Shown here: positions 28,538 to 38,440 of the stretch, piece after piece
Position numbering within the stretch: the first letter of the stretch is position 1
How the letters are laid out: every line of letters starts with the position of its first letter
Virus record (IMG/VR): IMGVR_UViG_3300037310_000564
Location: 1-64,000 of that record
Direction: 5' to 3' (one strand)
DNA: 64,000 bases
Source: a virus
Taxonomy: Duplodnaviria > Caudoviricetes
The notes under the pieces: model-generated
Database searches by the model: none
What the model was told of the DNA's origin: nothing
What the model saw: only the letters and a program-made list of their open reading frames with translations
Made by a program: the position numbers and the translations under genes

Positions 28538-28594
28538 TTAAATTCTCCTCTGAGGGTTAGAGAGTACGCCTCACTGGTTGTTTTCATTCCCAAC

Positions 28595-28623
28595 TTGACA
28601 AAAAGATGGGATTGTGATACCTA
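28595..28623 (+). promoter_or_regulatory. sigma70-like promoter
   Basis: TTGACA-17-TACCTA with a TG extension; the -10 is imperfect. Confidence 0.45.
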
Positions 28624-28646
28624 TATATTTTAACAGAGGAGGTGCC

Positions 28647-28880
28647 ATGAAAAAGGGCGATTTCATAACAACTAGATGTGGGGTTGGTGGAGTGGTGGCC
28701 TCTGTAGCCCCATGGCCGCTTAAATATTTTTTAAAATATCCGGTTAGGGTAACACTGGACTTTATGGGATATGGCACCACATGCAAATACACATTGAATG
28801 GAAAATATTCAACAAGTGGTTATAACATATCAAGCCTAGATATTATCGAAGTTATCACACCTTCACAAAAATACTATTAA
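28647..28880 (+). CDS. Hypothetical protein
   Basis: GGAGG RBS before ATG 28647 (track start 28614). Confidence 0.65.
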   Translation: MKKGDFITTRCGVGGVVASVAPWPLKYFLKYPVRVTLDFMGYGTTCKYTLNGKYSTSGYNISSLDIIEVITPSQKYY

Positions 28881-28897
28881 AATCAAAAGGATAAGCA

Positions 28898-29395
28898 ATG
28901 CATGTCATTAAATTTATTAAAACGCAGACCTGCCCATTTGATCAAACCCCAGTCAGAGCCCACGATTCAGATCTGGGATATGACTTGGTGGCTTGCGACA
29001 TTGATTATATAGATGCGTCCGGTATCAGCTACCCATCCTACCAGACAGGGTGTGTTCAGTTGCGAGTCTGTTTTGGGGTTGCAATGGAAATACCTGATTG
29101 TTTGGGAGGTTTTATATTTCCACGATCTTCTATTAAAAACTACCCATTCCTCCTGACTAACTCAGTTGGCGTAATTGATCCACACTATAGAGGCGAAATT
29201 AAAGCGTTTTTTCACATAACCACCCCACAAGCAGAATGTCTTTCCCGCACATTTAATGTTGGCGAAAGATGCGCACAATTGGTATTTTTTGAGCGACCAA
29301 AGACACAAATGGAGCAATGTGACCAATTAACCCCCTCTAAAAGAGGTAGTGGCGGATATGGATCTTCAGGAACTGGGCAAATTACAAGGCAATAA
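28898..29395 (+). CDS. dut: Trimeric dUTPase
   Basis: All five motifs: LGYDL, PRSS, GVIDPHYRGEI, GERCAQLV, RGSGGYGSSG. Confidence 0.95.
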   Translation: MHVIKFIKTQTCPFDQTPVRAHDSDLGYDLVACDIDYIDASGISYPSYQTGCVQLRVCFGVAMEIPDCLGGFIFPRSSIKNYPFLLTNSVGVIDPHYRGEIKAFFHITTPQAECLSRTFNVGERCAQLVFFERPKTQMEQCDQLTPSKRGSGGYGSSGTGQITRQ

Positions 29396-29985
29396 TGATG
29401 ATTTTTTTCTCAAGTGATAGTCATTTTTTCCACCATAACATCATTTCTTACTGTGACAGGCCCTTTTCCTCCAAAGAGCATATGAACGAGGTTATGGTCC
29501 AAAGATGGAATGAGAGTATAGGTCCTGACGACACCATTTACTATTTGGGGGATTTTAGCCTGTCATTTATGGCAGTAGAGAAGATTATGCCCAAGCTAAA
29601 TGGAATCAAGTACTTAATTCCAGGCAACCATGACCTATGCCATTCTTTCAACAAAAAGAGCCGAAAGCCAGAAAACCTTCTTATGTGGAAACAAAAGTAT
29701 CAAGACCATGGATGGATTGTATTGCCGGAACGTGTAGACATAGACCTGCCTGGTATTGGTAATATTCAAATGTGCCACCACCCTTTTATGGAAAACAATG
29801 TGGGTGATTTTGTTGACAAATATGCCAAATGGAGACCGCAGGATGATGGTAGGTGGCTATTATGTGGACATATTCATGAGAAATGGCTTACCAAAGGCCG
29901 ACAGATCAATGTTGGTGTTGATGTTTGGGACTTCCGACCCGTTAGTTTAACGCAAATAGTCGACATTATTAACTTTTCCTTATAA
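29395..29985 (+). CDS. Calcineurin-like metallophosphoesterase
   Basis: SDSHF, LGD, GNHD, CHHP, GHIH. Confidence 0.9.
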   Translation: MMIFFSSDSHFFHHNIISYCDRPFSSKEHMNEVMVQRWNESIGPDDTIYYLGDFSLSFMAVEKIMPKLNGIKYLIPGNHDLCHSFNKKSRKPENLLMWKQKYQDHGWIVLPERVDIDLPGIGNIQMCHHPFMENNVGDFVDKYAKWRPQDDGRWLLCGHIHEKWLTKGRQINVGVDVWDFRPVSLTQIVDIINFSL

Positions 29986-30013
29986 ATCTCCCAAAGAAAA
30001 TCTCCCAAAGAAA

Positions 30014-30043
30014 AAACCCACCTTTGAGGATTAAGGTGGGTTT
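30014..30043 (-). terminator. Intrinsic terminator between the convergent phosphoesterase and sheath genes
   Basis: AAACCCACCTT-8-AAGGTGGGTTT stem with a U-tract on the minus strand. Confidence 0.85.
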
Positions 30044-30068
30044 AAGTAACGAGGAGGTGATCTATTGT

Positions 30069-32873
30069 TTAGATAGAACGAACTGCTTCAACATCGATGG
30101 TGATCGCTTCAAGCGATTCAGCAGGGGTGATCTGCACTTTGGCTTTGTATTGATTACCCAGAGATACCACAGACAGAACTTTGAAAGAAATCAAGGCTCC
30201 GGAACTAACAAACGCTGACAGGCCAGACTCAATGTCGGTTTGAACCAGGGCAGGGGAAACGTTTGTTGTCCTGCTTCCAATTCTGTTATCCAAAATTGCT
30301 TGTAGGGTGTCGCGAACTTCATCGGTTACAAACAACACACTGGCCCTTTCCCAAACCCATCCTTCTGGATCTAGGGTCCTGGATCTGGTGGTTAGGTCTG
30401 GAGACTCCAACCGAACACCAACTCCGCGAACACTTCGGAATACCAACAAACCAGCCTTAATGGCAGCTTCAAGGTGAGACTGGTCGTCTGGGTTAAAGTC
30501 TGGCACTTGGCTATCACTGAACAAGCTGAGCTGTCCAATGTGATAAGCGCTTGATAAGTTGAATGGTTTTCGGAGCATTGGCTCGCCTAATGCAGCTTGA
30601 GCTCGACCAGCAGCCATCACACAAGCAGCCATCCAAGGCAAGAAGTTTTTAGCTTCGCCGGCACCATCCAGTGCACTATGTCTCTCAAAGGCCATTTGGC
30701 ATCTTTCAAAACCAAGCTCGCCCGCTTTTTGCTGCGCATCATCAAAAGATCCGTCAAAAGATACCATTGCAAATCGATACTTACGCTCAAAGTCGTTGCT
30801 GGCAGACGCAACGTGGGCCTTAGCAGCAGCATTAATTGAGTCGATGCTGTATGAGCTATCAACATCAGTGAGACCGTCTGCAATGTCATATTGAGCATCA
30901 CGGCTAAACAGAGGCACAACAAACCGAACGTCAATTTTGCTAGCGGCATCCAAACCAGCTTGGACTGAAGCGCTTGAGGTAGAGCCAATAACCGCTCCAG
31001 AAAGGAATCCGGCAGCAGACTCTGCGTTAGGTAGGCCGGCTTTAAGAACCAAAGTTCCTTCAATGAAGCTTAAGAATCCGGTATTATTGTCGAAAAAGGT
31101 CTTCCAGTCATAATAGTCTTTTTTGAGTTTGCCGTTGTAAGCGGAGGCGGCATGAGCAGAAAGAATGCCTACACCAGAAACCATGTCCAAGACAGTAGTT
31201 GGAAGTGTCTTAAACCGTGAATCCAAAACTCTTGCAAAAACGCCGGATTGTGTATTGAGGAAGTCTGCCAAATCCTGTAGGGTTTTGTATTTTAAGGTTT
31301 TTAATGAAATTGTGGTGCCGGCACCTGTTGGTACGATGGTCATAGTCCTAGTTGCATCGATGCTTACAACGGCAGCGGTTGCACCAGCCAAGTAAAAGCC
31401 GATCTCTAGTGCGGTTTCCCCACCAATTAGAGTGGCTGGGAAAACAGATCCGTCAGTAGAGCGGGAAGCCTCTACTTTTACTTTTCTTTCTGCGGATGAG
31501 TCAATTCGCTTCCCAACAACACTGGAAGATACAAAACCAGGAGCGAAGGTGAGGACATCATCAGCGCCATTGAGGGATACTGAAGTAACCGCTTCGGTAG
31601 TTAAGCCGGTGAAAAGATGGGCCAAAGTTAGAGATTGAGCATTGGCTGCCTCAACCACAAACAACCCAACATTCTTAAGGGTTGCACCTTGAAGTAAAGA
31701 ACCTCGTTGAATACGCACAACATCACCAACTTTAGGTACTGACGTCATGGAGCCGCCAGAGAAGGTAACGGCCAATTTGCCAGCTGAAGGTACGGTGGCT
31801 GCCACGGTGGCAACGGCGGCGGTAGCTGAAGATAGGGCTTTAACCAAATCAGCATCGCGCACCAACATTCCAAGGGCAAGCTTGTCGCCGGTATTTTCTG
31901 CAATCTCTAGAGTGGCTGCAGATCCGGTAATAGTAGTAGCGGTAACAGTCAACACCACAGGAGCATTGATTTTAAGGTCAGCGGCTGGAAGTGTAATCCC
32001 GGTGAGCACCGCTAATGCTACGGCGTTGGCTTCGTTGGCCTTAAGTTGCTTAAGGACAAGAGTGGTGGTAGTGAGGGACACTACAATGAATGATCCGGCG
32101 TTTTGGTTAGATCCGCCAGAGATGGCGAGTGCGGTATCAATCCAGCACACATCGCCGACTTGGATAGAGGAGGTATCAAAAGTGGCAGTGCCTGATGCAC
32201 GGGTAATGGTTAATTGGTCATTAGATACAGCGGTATCAACAGTCATTGGGCCAGAAGTAATAGTGGTCCTGGCAGCTCCACCGGTTACAGAAAGACCGGA
32301 TACTGCGCCTAAGGCGGTTACAAAGTCAGAGGCCAACCCTTCGGCGGCAACGGCAAGAGCCCCGGTTACAACGCCATTAACTGACACTCGGAAAGATCGG
32401 GCAGAAGGAGATGGGAGATAAAGCACTGTTTTAGTTGGCTTTGTTTCTGCCTGTCCGTTTTTGATTTGTGATTTAATAAGATTGCCGGCTTCACCATATC
32501 GAGCAGCGGCCAACTTACCAAAATTAGTAGGGGAGGAGATGTCCTTTTCTGCGCGAGTAGAGTTGTTGGTTTTGTAAACAAACAAAGACTCTATTCTGCC
32601 AGGAAATGCGTTGGATGGTTGGTTGGTAAACATTGCCCTAGCGGCATCAACAATTGGCCCGGCTTTGTAAAAATCACGAACTTCATCAAAGCTAGTAAAT
32701 GCCATACCCCTAAGATCAAGTAATGATCCTGGGACTCCCTCTTCTGCCTCACCCAAAATAACCGCTGATCTTCCCGTAGGTGCTGGATTAGGCAAAGATC
32801 CTTGAACCTTAAAGGTAGAGTAAACACCAGGAATAACGGCAGCGGCGCCATTAATGTTATAAGACAAGGTCAT
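30069..32873 (-). CDS. Tail sheath protein
   Basis: IPGVYSTFKV N-terminus, ILGEAEEG, and C-terminal ERASVLFVTDEVRDTL...ITPAESLEAITI. ATG 32873 after GAGGAG (track start 32951). Confidence 0.9.
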   Translation of the reverse strand: MTLSYNINGAAAVIPGVYSTFKVQGSLPNPAPTGRSAVILGEAEEGVPGSLLDLRGMAFTSFDEVRDFYKAGPIVDAARAMFTNQPSNAFPGRIESLFVYKTNNSTRAEKDISSPTNFGKLAAARYGEAGNLIKSQIKNGQAETKPTKTVLYLPSPSARSFRVSVNGVVTGALAVAAEGLASDFVTALGAVSGLSVTGGAARTTITSGPMTVDTAVSNDQLTITRASGTATFDTSSIQVGDVCWIDTALAISGGSNQNAGSFIVVSLTTTTLVLKQLKANEANAVALAVLTGITLPAADLKINAPVVLTVTATTITGSAATLEIAENTGDKLALGMLVRDADLVKALSSATAAVATVAATVPSAGKLAVTFSGGSMTSVPKVGDVVRIQRGSLLQGATLKNVGLFVVEAANAQSLTLAHLFTGLTTEAVTSVSLNGADDVLTFAPGFVSSSVVGKRIDSSAERKVKVEASRSTDGSVFPATLIGGETALEIGFYLAGATAAVVSIDATRTMTIVPTGAGTTISLKTLKYKTLQDLADFLNTQSGVFARVLDSRFKTLPTTVLDMVSGVGILSAHAASAYNGKLKKDYYDWKTFFDNNTGFLSFIEGTLVLKAGLPNAESAAGFLSGAVIGSTSSASVQAGLDAASKIDVRFVVPLFSRDAQYDIADGLTDVDSSYSIDSINAAAKAHVASASNDFERKYRFAMVSFDGSFDDAQQKAGELGFERCQMAFERHSALDGAGEAKNFLPWMAACVMAAGRAQAALGEPMLRKPFNLSSAYHIGQLSLFSDSQVPDFNPDDQSHLEAAIKAGLLVFRSVRGVGVRLESPDLTTRSRTLDPEGWVWERASVLFVTDEVRDTLQAILDNRIGSRTTNVSPALVQTDIESGLSAFVSSGALISFKVLSVVSLGNQYKAKVQITPAESLEAITIDVEAVRSI

Positions 32874-33123
32874 AAAAAATATCTCCTCAAAACGGACTAA
32901 ATAACCAAATGTCTGTTGAATTTTACCATGTATGAAAAAAAAAGACAGCAACCCGTTATGAATTTTATCATTTTTGTAATGTCCTGATTTTATTGAAAAC
33001 TATTTAATTGAAGGAAAGGGCCTAATAAAGTAAAATAAACAATGATGTTTTGTCTTTTTTCAGTAAAAATAATATCTTAAGAAATACATCGCACAAAACC
33101 AACAAACAACACAGGGACTGAGT

Positions 33124-33861
33124 ATGGCAAGGATAAATAAGGATCGGATTGATAGGTTTTTCGATTATAGCTTAGATAGCGACAGCAGGACAATATATTT
33201 GGGATGTGCGGCTTACTGCGATTCAGGAGATGGTAATGGCGTTGACTTCTATATGACAGAGCGTTTAATTAAAGGACTTCATTTGCTGGAATCAGCAGCT
33301 CCCAACGGAGACCAGCCCATTACCATTATTGCAAATAGTCCTGGAGGCTCATGGTTTCATGGAATGGCCCAGTATGGTGCAATAAAGAATTGTCGAAACC
33401 AGGTCATTATTAAAATGTATGGCCATGCAATGAGTATGGGTTCTATTATTCCCCAGGCTGCGGACGAGCGCCTTATTGATGCCAATGCCTCCTTCATGAT
33501 CCATTATGGAAGCGATGCTTTTCATGGCCACTCAAAAATAATGTCCAAGGTGGGCGATATTGGCAAAAAAATCAACCACATGATGGAAAACATCTATCTT
33601 GACCGTATGATGGAAAAGGATGAAGAAATGACACAAGCGGGGTTTCCAGACCATATGGAGATTACGCTGTCCGAAATCATTCATCACCAACAAGAGATGG
33701 ATTATCCAAAACCCCCCAAGCCCAAGTATCGACTCTCAAAAGAGCCGACTAAAAGACGAGAAGAAGTTAGAAAAATACTAAAAGAATTGCTCAATTTTGA
33801 CAGTTACTTAAGTGCTCAAGAGGCTGTCGACCTTGGTTTTGCGGACGAAATTATATTGTAG
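33124..33861 (+). CDS. clpP: ClpP-like serine protease (cytoplasmic)
   Basis: NSPGG, AMSMGS (Ser), FMIHY (His), DSYLSAQEAVDLGFADEI (Asp). Confidence 0.88.
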   Translation: MARINKDRIDRFFDYSLDSDSRTIYLGCAAYCDSGDGNGVDFYMTERLIKGLHLLESAAPNGDQPITIIANSPGGSWFHGMAQYGAIKNCRNQVIIKMYGHAMSMGSIIPQAADERLIDANASFMIHYGSDAFHGHSKIMSKVGDIGKKINHMMENIYLDRMMEKDEEMTQAGFPDHMEITLSEIIHHQQEMDYPKPPKPKYRLSKEPTKRREEVRKILKELLNFDSYLSAQEAVDLGFADEIIL

Positions 33862-33864
33862 TTT

Positions 33865-34062
33865 ATGATGGATCAAATATCACCACCCAAAGACCTACAA
33901 AAAGCACTAGAGGCTATCGATCAACTCCCTGACGACTGGTTTGGTAATGAAGAGGCTAGTTTCGAAGATCTCCTTGATATTTTTGACATTTCCACGCCAC
34001 AGCACTATTTTGATGGCGATGTGTTGGTTTCCGACTCACTATCGGAAGACGACGGAGCATAA
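33865..34062 (+). CDS. Small acidic hypothetical protein
   Basis: Follows clpP by 3 nt. Confidence 0.5.
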   Translation: MMDQISPPKDLQKALEAIDQLPDDWFGNEEASFEDLLDIFDISTPQHYFDGDVLVSDSLSEDDGA

Positions 34063-34811
34063 GCCTGAATCACCAATGGGCACTCACTTCCCCTCATCTC
34101 CAATAAAGACCCCTGATCATCCTCTCGCTCAATAATTTTGGTAGTTTTGATTAATTCTTTGTCACAGCGCAAAGATATGACTTTGTGAGCCAAATTGGCC
34201 TTGACGGCAGCGCTACCATACCAATACAAATTGTTATTTAAGAGAGCTAAATAGGCATCAAGACTCATGTTTAGTATTTTTGCCTGCTTGGCCAATAATG
34301 GCTTTTCCACACTTTCAATTATGGATGTTGTATAGGATAGGTATTTTTCATGACCACCAACGGCCACAAGACTAACTCTGTGGTGCATTAGTTCGGAAAA
34401 CTCCAATACAAACCGATGCTTACATTCCATAAACAAAACAAAGGCAGACGATGCGGCCCGCAAAGCCACGCAAGTAAATTCTTTTCCAGAAGACCTCATG
34501 GCCCAAATAAGAGAGATTAGTGCATCCAAGTCTCCGCCCGGGGAATCCAAAATCAATAGTGATGGAGAATCAGGATCTAAAATTTGCATCGAAGCATTGC
34601 TCAGCTCTGAAGAGAAAGGCTTTATGTCAGAGACAATACTAATAAAATTGCCTTTTGATAGCTGAATAACATTGTTGGCATCAGGCATAACTGCAGCGGG
34701 CTTATTAACGACAGGCGTCTCGCCCCCGGCAATAGCAACAACAATATGGAAAACACCAAACACCAGGGTTAACAATAAGAGGCCCATGTGCCAAAAACGA
34801 TATTTTTTCAT
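34005..34811 (-). CDS. ClpP-like protease with an N-terminal signal/membrane anchor
   Basis: MKKYRFWHMGLLLLTLVFGVFHIVVAIA, then DSPGG, AASSA (Ser) and LMHH (His). ATG 34811 after GGAG (track start 34838). Confidence 0.78.
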   Translation of the reverse strand: MKKYRFWHMGLLLLTLVFGVFHIVVAIAGGETPVVNKPAAVMPDANNVIQLSKGNFISIVSDIKPFSSELSNASMQILDPDSPSLLILDSPGGDLDALISLIWAMRSSGKEFTCVALRAASSAFVLFMECKHRFVLEFSELMHHRVSLVAVGGHEKYLSYTTSIIESVEKPLLAKQAKILNMSLDAYLALLNNNLYWYGSAAVKANLAHKVISLRCDKELIKTTKIIEREDDQGSLLEMRGSECPLVIQAYAPSSSDSESETNTSPSK

Positions 34812-34850
34812 CTTTTGCTCCAACCTATAAAAATACAAAGACTCAATGAT

Positions 34851-34878
34851 ATTATCGGCCTTTTTCTAAAAAACTTTA
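34851..34878 (-). promoter_or_regulatory. Perfect sigma28 (FliA) consensus promoter
   Basis: Minus strand reads TAAAGTTT-tttagaaaaag(11)-GCCGATAA, about 40 nt upstream of ATG 34811. Confidence 0.85.
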
Positions 34879-34888
34879 GTCAATAAAA

Positions 34889-34912
34889 AACCCCCTGATA
34901 TATCAGGGGGTT
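34889..34912 (-). terminator. Terminator after the major capsid gene
   Basis: Perfect palindrome AACCCCCTGATATATCAGGGGGTT with a U-tract on the minus strand; a second hairpin TCCCGG-5-CCGGGA at 34929-34945. Confidence 0.85.
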
Positions 34913-34961
34913 AGTATGCCATAATGTATCCCGGTTTTGCCGGGACCTTATTGTGACACTA

Positions 34962-36485
34962 TTACTGATCTACTCCGCGTCGTTTTTGGAACACGTTATC
35001 AATCACAGAAAAAGAACGAGGAGCTTGAACCATACAAGCAAAGTAGCTTACGAACAAGGTCTGTAATGCAAGACCGTTACGGCCAAGCTCAAGCTTGTTC
35101 ATCATGCTGTTAGAACCAATGGTCAACATTTTTGCCCTGTTTTTGTCTTTTGGAACCAACAACATAGAGCAAAGACCTGGAAGCAACCGACCAGCATCGC
35201 GGAAAATGGTTGAGCCACCGTTTGACTTCATGATATTGCCAATGAACATTTCTGTTCCAGCCAAGCCAGAAGTTTCCACTGGAGTGCGGAATACCGCGTA
35301 GTATTCAACCTCAGCGCTATTGGTGATGGTCACATCTATTGGGAAGTTGTCTTGGCCTGCACCAACAGTGATCGAAGTGGCGGTAGATGCCAAAGATCGT
35401 CCATTGATGTTAATAGCCTGAACTCGGTATCGGAAAACGTTGCCAGCAACAAATCCGGAACCAACCGCTGCACCGCCCATAGCCGTAGAGTGGGCAGGAG
35501 TGCTTGGCAAAGGACCAGAAGAGGTTGCCGAAGTAGCATTAGGGAAATCTCGTAGGTATTTGAACCTATTAGCGATCAAGGTAATGGTGCCGGCGCAAGT
35601 ATCAATTGGTAATCCGCCGTGCTCATCATTAGTAACAGCAGCTCCACGGATTGCAAAAGGAGTATTGATATCTCCACGCTCTACTGGGAAGAAAGTAGCC
35701 CTAAATGCTTGCAAAGCAGAAGAGGTGGTATGACCTTCTGCAACTCGATTTCCATTGTCCCTAACGGCTGTTACATAAGTATCAAGACTTTCTCGACCGA
35801 TAGCAGCGCCGCGTTGGTCAAAAACCACGCCTCGTGAAGCTTGTGTTGCTTCCCAGTCTTGTGGGATACCTCTAGCAGAGGCGTTACCTTCACGAACATT
35901 GGCTTGGATACCTCGAATAGAACGAAGCCGGCTATTCACGGAAGCAGCAACCATTGGATCGATGGCACCAGAAGAATCCATGAAGTAGTCGCCACCATGA
36001 TAAAAGTCACGCTCCATTTGTTGTGACATCAATAGAGCTGCATCTCGCTCATTTTCTTCTTCAACATCAATGGCATAACCATTAAGGTCATTTATCATTT
36101 CAGTCATGTGGCCAATAGTTTTGGCGGTTCCGTACACTTTTAGAACCTCAGAAACCATCATGTACTGAGAGCTAACTTCTGCAGGCATGAAATTTTCAAA
36201 ACCAGCTAAGTCATGGTCACCCAAGCCGATTTTGATGCGATAGTGATGAACTGAGCCCCTAACTGCTTGAGTTGGGATGTCTTTGATCAACAAAAAGTCT
36301 TTGTCTTCGATCGTAATAGATCGAATCACTTCATCCAAGCTATCAATGGTCAATGCGGCTTGACCTACACGACCACCCACTTCTAAGTTTTGATAACCAG
36401 CGCTTGGCCAAGATTTGGCGAGGGTGTCCATCGCCGTTTTTGCTTGTTGGATAAGATCCAACGAGAGATTTTTTAATGCTGACAT
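34962..36485 (-). CDS. Major capsid protein (HK97 fold, Twort/Herelle-like type) with an Ig/FN3-like insertion
   Basis: LAKSW...AALTIDSLDEVIRSIT...IKDIPTQAVRGSVHHY; strong terminator downstream; FRYRVQAININGRS FN3-like segment. Confidence 0.85.
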   Translation of the reverse strand: MSALKNLSLDLIQQAKTAMDTLAKSWPSAGYQNLEVGGRVGQAALTIDSLDEVIRSITIEDKDFLLIKDIPTQAVRGSVHHYRIKIGLGDHDLAGFENFMPAEVSSQYMMVSEVLKVYGTAKTIGHMTEMINDLNGYAIDVEEENERDAALLMSQQMERDFYHGGDYFMDSSGAIDPMVAASVNSRLRSIRGIQANVREGNASARGIPQDWEATQASRGVVFDQRGAAIGRESLDTYVTAVRDNGNRVAEGHTTSSALQAFRATFFPVERGDINTPFAIRGAAVTNDEHGGLPIDTCAGTITLIANRFKYLRDFPNATSATSSGPLPSTPAHSTAMGGAAVGSGFVAGNVFRYRVQAININGRSLASTATSITVGAGQDNFPIDVTITNSAEVEYYAVFRTPVETSGLAGTEMFIGNIMKSNGGSTIFRDAGRLLPGLCSMLLVPKDKNRAKMLTIGSNSMMNKLELGRNGLALQTLFVSYFACMVQAPRSFSVIDNVFQKRRGVDQ

Positions 36486-36594
36486 TTGATAATATTCCTA
36501 TAAAAAATAAAAAATAGTGCCGGACTGACACAATAAAAATTTTAACACAATAAAATAGTGTAATTTCGCCGCGTTGTCGGTCGTCTGAACAAAC

Positions 36595-36623
36595 TTGACA
36601 AATCATTATTAAAACAATAAAAT
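36595..36623 (+). promoter_or_regulatory. sigma70 promoter
   Basis: TTGACA-17-TAAAAT. Confidence 0.85.
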
Positions 36624-36643
36624 CAACATGATGGAGGGTGTCT

Positions 36644-37420
36644 ATGGCCAACAAGCCAACGAAAAAGTCTAAATTTTGCGTGTTTTGTCAAACTCACCAC
36701 AAAATAAGCGCAAAATTCTGGTATATAACCCAAACAAAGAAAGGATACCAGGCACTTAAATGCAAGGCACAAAAAAGAGAAATAAATTCAAGGTATTACT
36801 CACAAAGAGTCGCATTCTTGGTAGAGCGGAGAAGGAAGCAATATCAATCTCGCGGACTAGAGGCCGGCAACATCAAAAAAAGACAGTCACACACAATCTC
36901 CTGGCAAGAATTATTGACCAGGGCTGGGCTGTCACCAAGAATCCCTGAAAATTCCGAAATTCTACAGATAGCCAAAATTAGCATATCTTTAGGAATATCA
37001 ATACTTTACCGCAAATACTATCCAAAAAATATCAAAAATGTATATGCTCATCAGTGCTTTCTGGGCACCGTGACAAAAAAGACGGCCCGCAGCTTTATTG
37101 AGGAGTATGGATTTTATGCCTATCAGACCAACAAAAGACATATGGGCTTGTTTTATGGTAGAGATTTGGTTATGCTATTTGTCTTGGTGGACCATCCAGA
37201 TGGTGTGGAGGTCATTAATACTGTTCAACATGCCATGTACTGCGTAATTGGCGGAATTGACAAACTAATTCTTAATATGGCAATAGTTAAAATTCATAAG
37301 CCCAATCCATTGATGGGAATTGTTATCAATGAAGGACTTCTGCATGACCACCATTTCATTAATCTATTGACTTTTTTTGAAAAACCTCGTAACTTAAAAT
37401 TAACTGAGTGTGATGATTAA
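36644..37420 (+). CDS. Degenerate Hef-like homing-endonuclease-family protein
   Basis: N-terminal CxxC...C. C-terminal VYAHQC...KKTARSFIEE...GLFYGRDLV...YCVIGGIDKLI resembles the C-terminal domain of Hef-like proteins; the nuclease motif is not evident. Confidence 0.5.
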   Translation: MANKPTKKSKFCVFCQTHHKISAKFWYITQTKKGYQALKCKAQKREINSRYYSQRVAFLVERRRKQYQSRGLEAGNIKKRQSHTISWQELLTRAGLSPRIPENSEILQIAKISISLGISILYRKYYPKNIKNVYAHQCFLGTVTKKTARSFIEEYGFYAYQTNKRHMGLFYGRDLVMLFVLVDHPDGVEVINTVQHAMYCVIGGIDKLILNMAIVKIHKPNPLMGIVINEGLLHDHHFINLLTFFEKPRNLKLTECDD

Positions 37421-37438
37421 TAATATTAAGGAGTTACA

Positions 37439-38440
37439 ATGTCTGAAGAATCAAAACCCTTTTTCCGACTAATCAAAAAAACAACACTAGCAAACATGGC
37501 GGAGGGAGATACCATCTCCTCTTCTGATTTATGCCTTCAGGATGATAACTGCCTATATCAATTTAAGTATATTGATGATGCTAAGCCCAAACAGACCATT
37601 ATTACTCCTGGATTTTTTGTACTAGAAGAAGGCGATGACGGACTGTACCTCAATAAGGCTGAATATAATCACCACGAAATTGTAACCGATGTGATCAATA
37701 CGCAATTAATATCAAATGAAATCGGCATTTTAAAGAAAAAAATGGAAAGCTTTAAGAAAAGAAAAATTGATCCTGTTCGCAAGGTATTGTGTTGCTCTAA
37801 GCCCGGACAAGGAAAAACTGCCGCTTTGTTATATTGCGCTCACCAAGAGATAACCACTAACCCTGGGTGTGTGGTTATTGTTTGGCCTACCAGTAGCATC
37901 AAAGCATCAAGAGTCGCCTCTTTCTTTAATAACCGAAGTGTATATGACCCTTCATGTAATTTTCTGATCTTTCTTATGGAGGATATTGGAGGTCTATCTC
38001 ATGAGGGGCACTCAGGACCAAGACATGCCAGCCCTGAGTTGTTGGAAATTCTGGAAGGGGTTAGGAAAATATTCAAACTGCCTACCGTAATTTGTGCCAC
38101 CACAAACTACCCAGAAAATTTACCAGAAACATTGGGGGACCGATATGGGAGATTTGACACAACCATTGAATTACAATCACCAAATCATGATAACCAACTA
38201 AAAATACTGGAATTTTATTTGCAGAGACCGACAACCGAAGAAGAAAAACAAGCAATGAAAAGAAGGGAAGTAAGGGATTTTTCTATTGCCCACATTAAAA
38301 AAATAGGAATAGATTCAGACCTTTATGACAAAACAGTCGAGGAAATGATAAATGATATTATCAATCACAGGAAGCGATTCAAGAACAATTTCGAGTCACA
38401 GAAAAAAAGTAATTTTGGGTTTGGTATAGATGACAATTAA
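37439..38440 (+). CDS. AAA+ ATPase
   Basis: Walker A SKPGQGKT, Walker B FLMED, sensor ATTNYPE, and DRYGRFD arginine finger. Confidence 0.9.
   Translation: MSEESKPFFRLIKKTTLANMAEGDTISSSDLCLQDDNCLYQFKYIDDAKPKQTIITPGFFVLEEGDDGLYLNKAEYNHHEIVTDVINTQLISNEIGILKKKMESFKKRKIDPVRKVLCCSKPGQGKTAALLYCAHQEITTNPGCVVIVWPTSSIKASRVASFFNNRSVYDPSCNFLIFLMEDIGGLSHEGHSGPRHASPELLEILEGVRKIFKLPTVICATTNYPENLPETLGDRYGRFDTTIELQSPNHDNQLKILEFYLQRPTTEEEKQAMKRREVRDFSIAHIKKIGIDSDLYDKTVEEMINDIINHRKRFKNNFESQKKSNFGFGIDDN

Noticed and set aside
29985-30012. 14-bp tandem duplication AATCTCCCAAAGAA
   Set aside because: Real but most likely a slippage product next to the terminator, with no functional signal.
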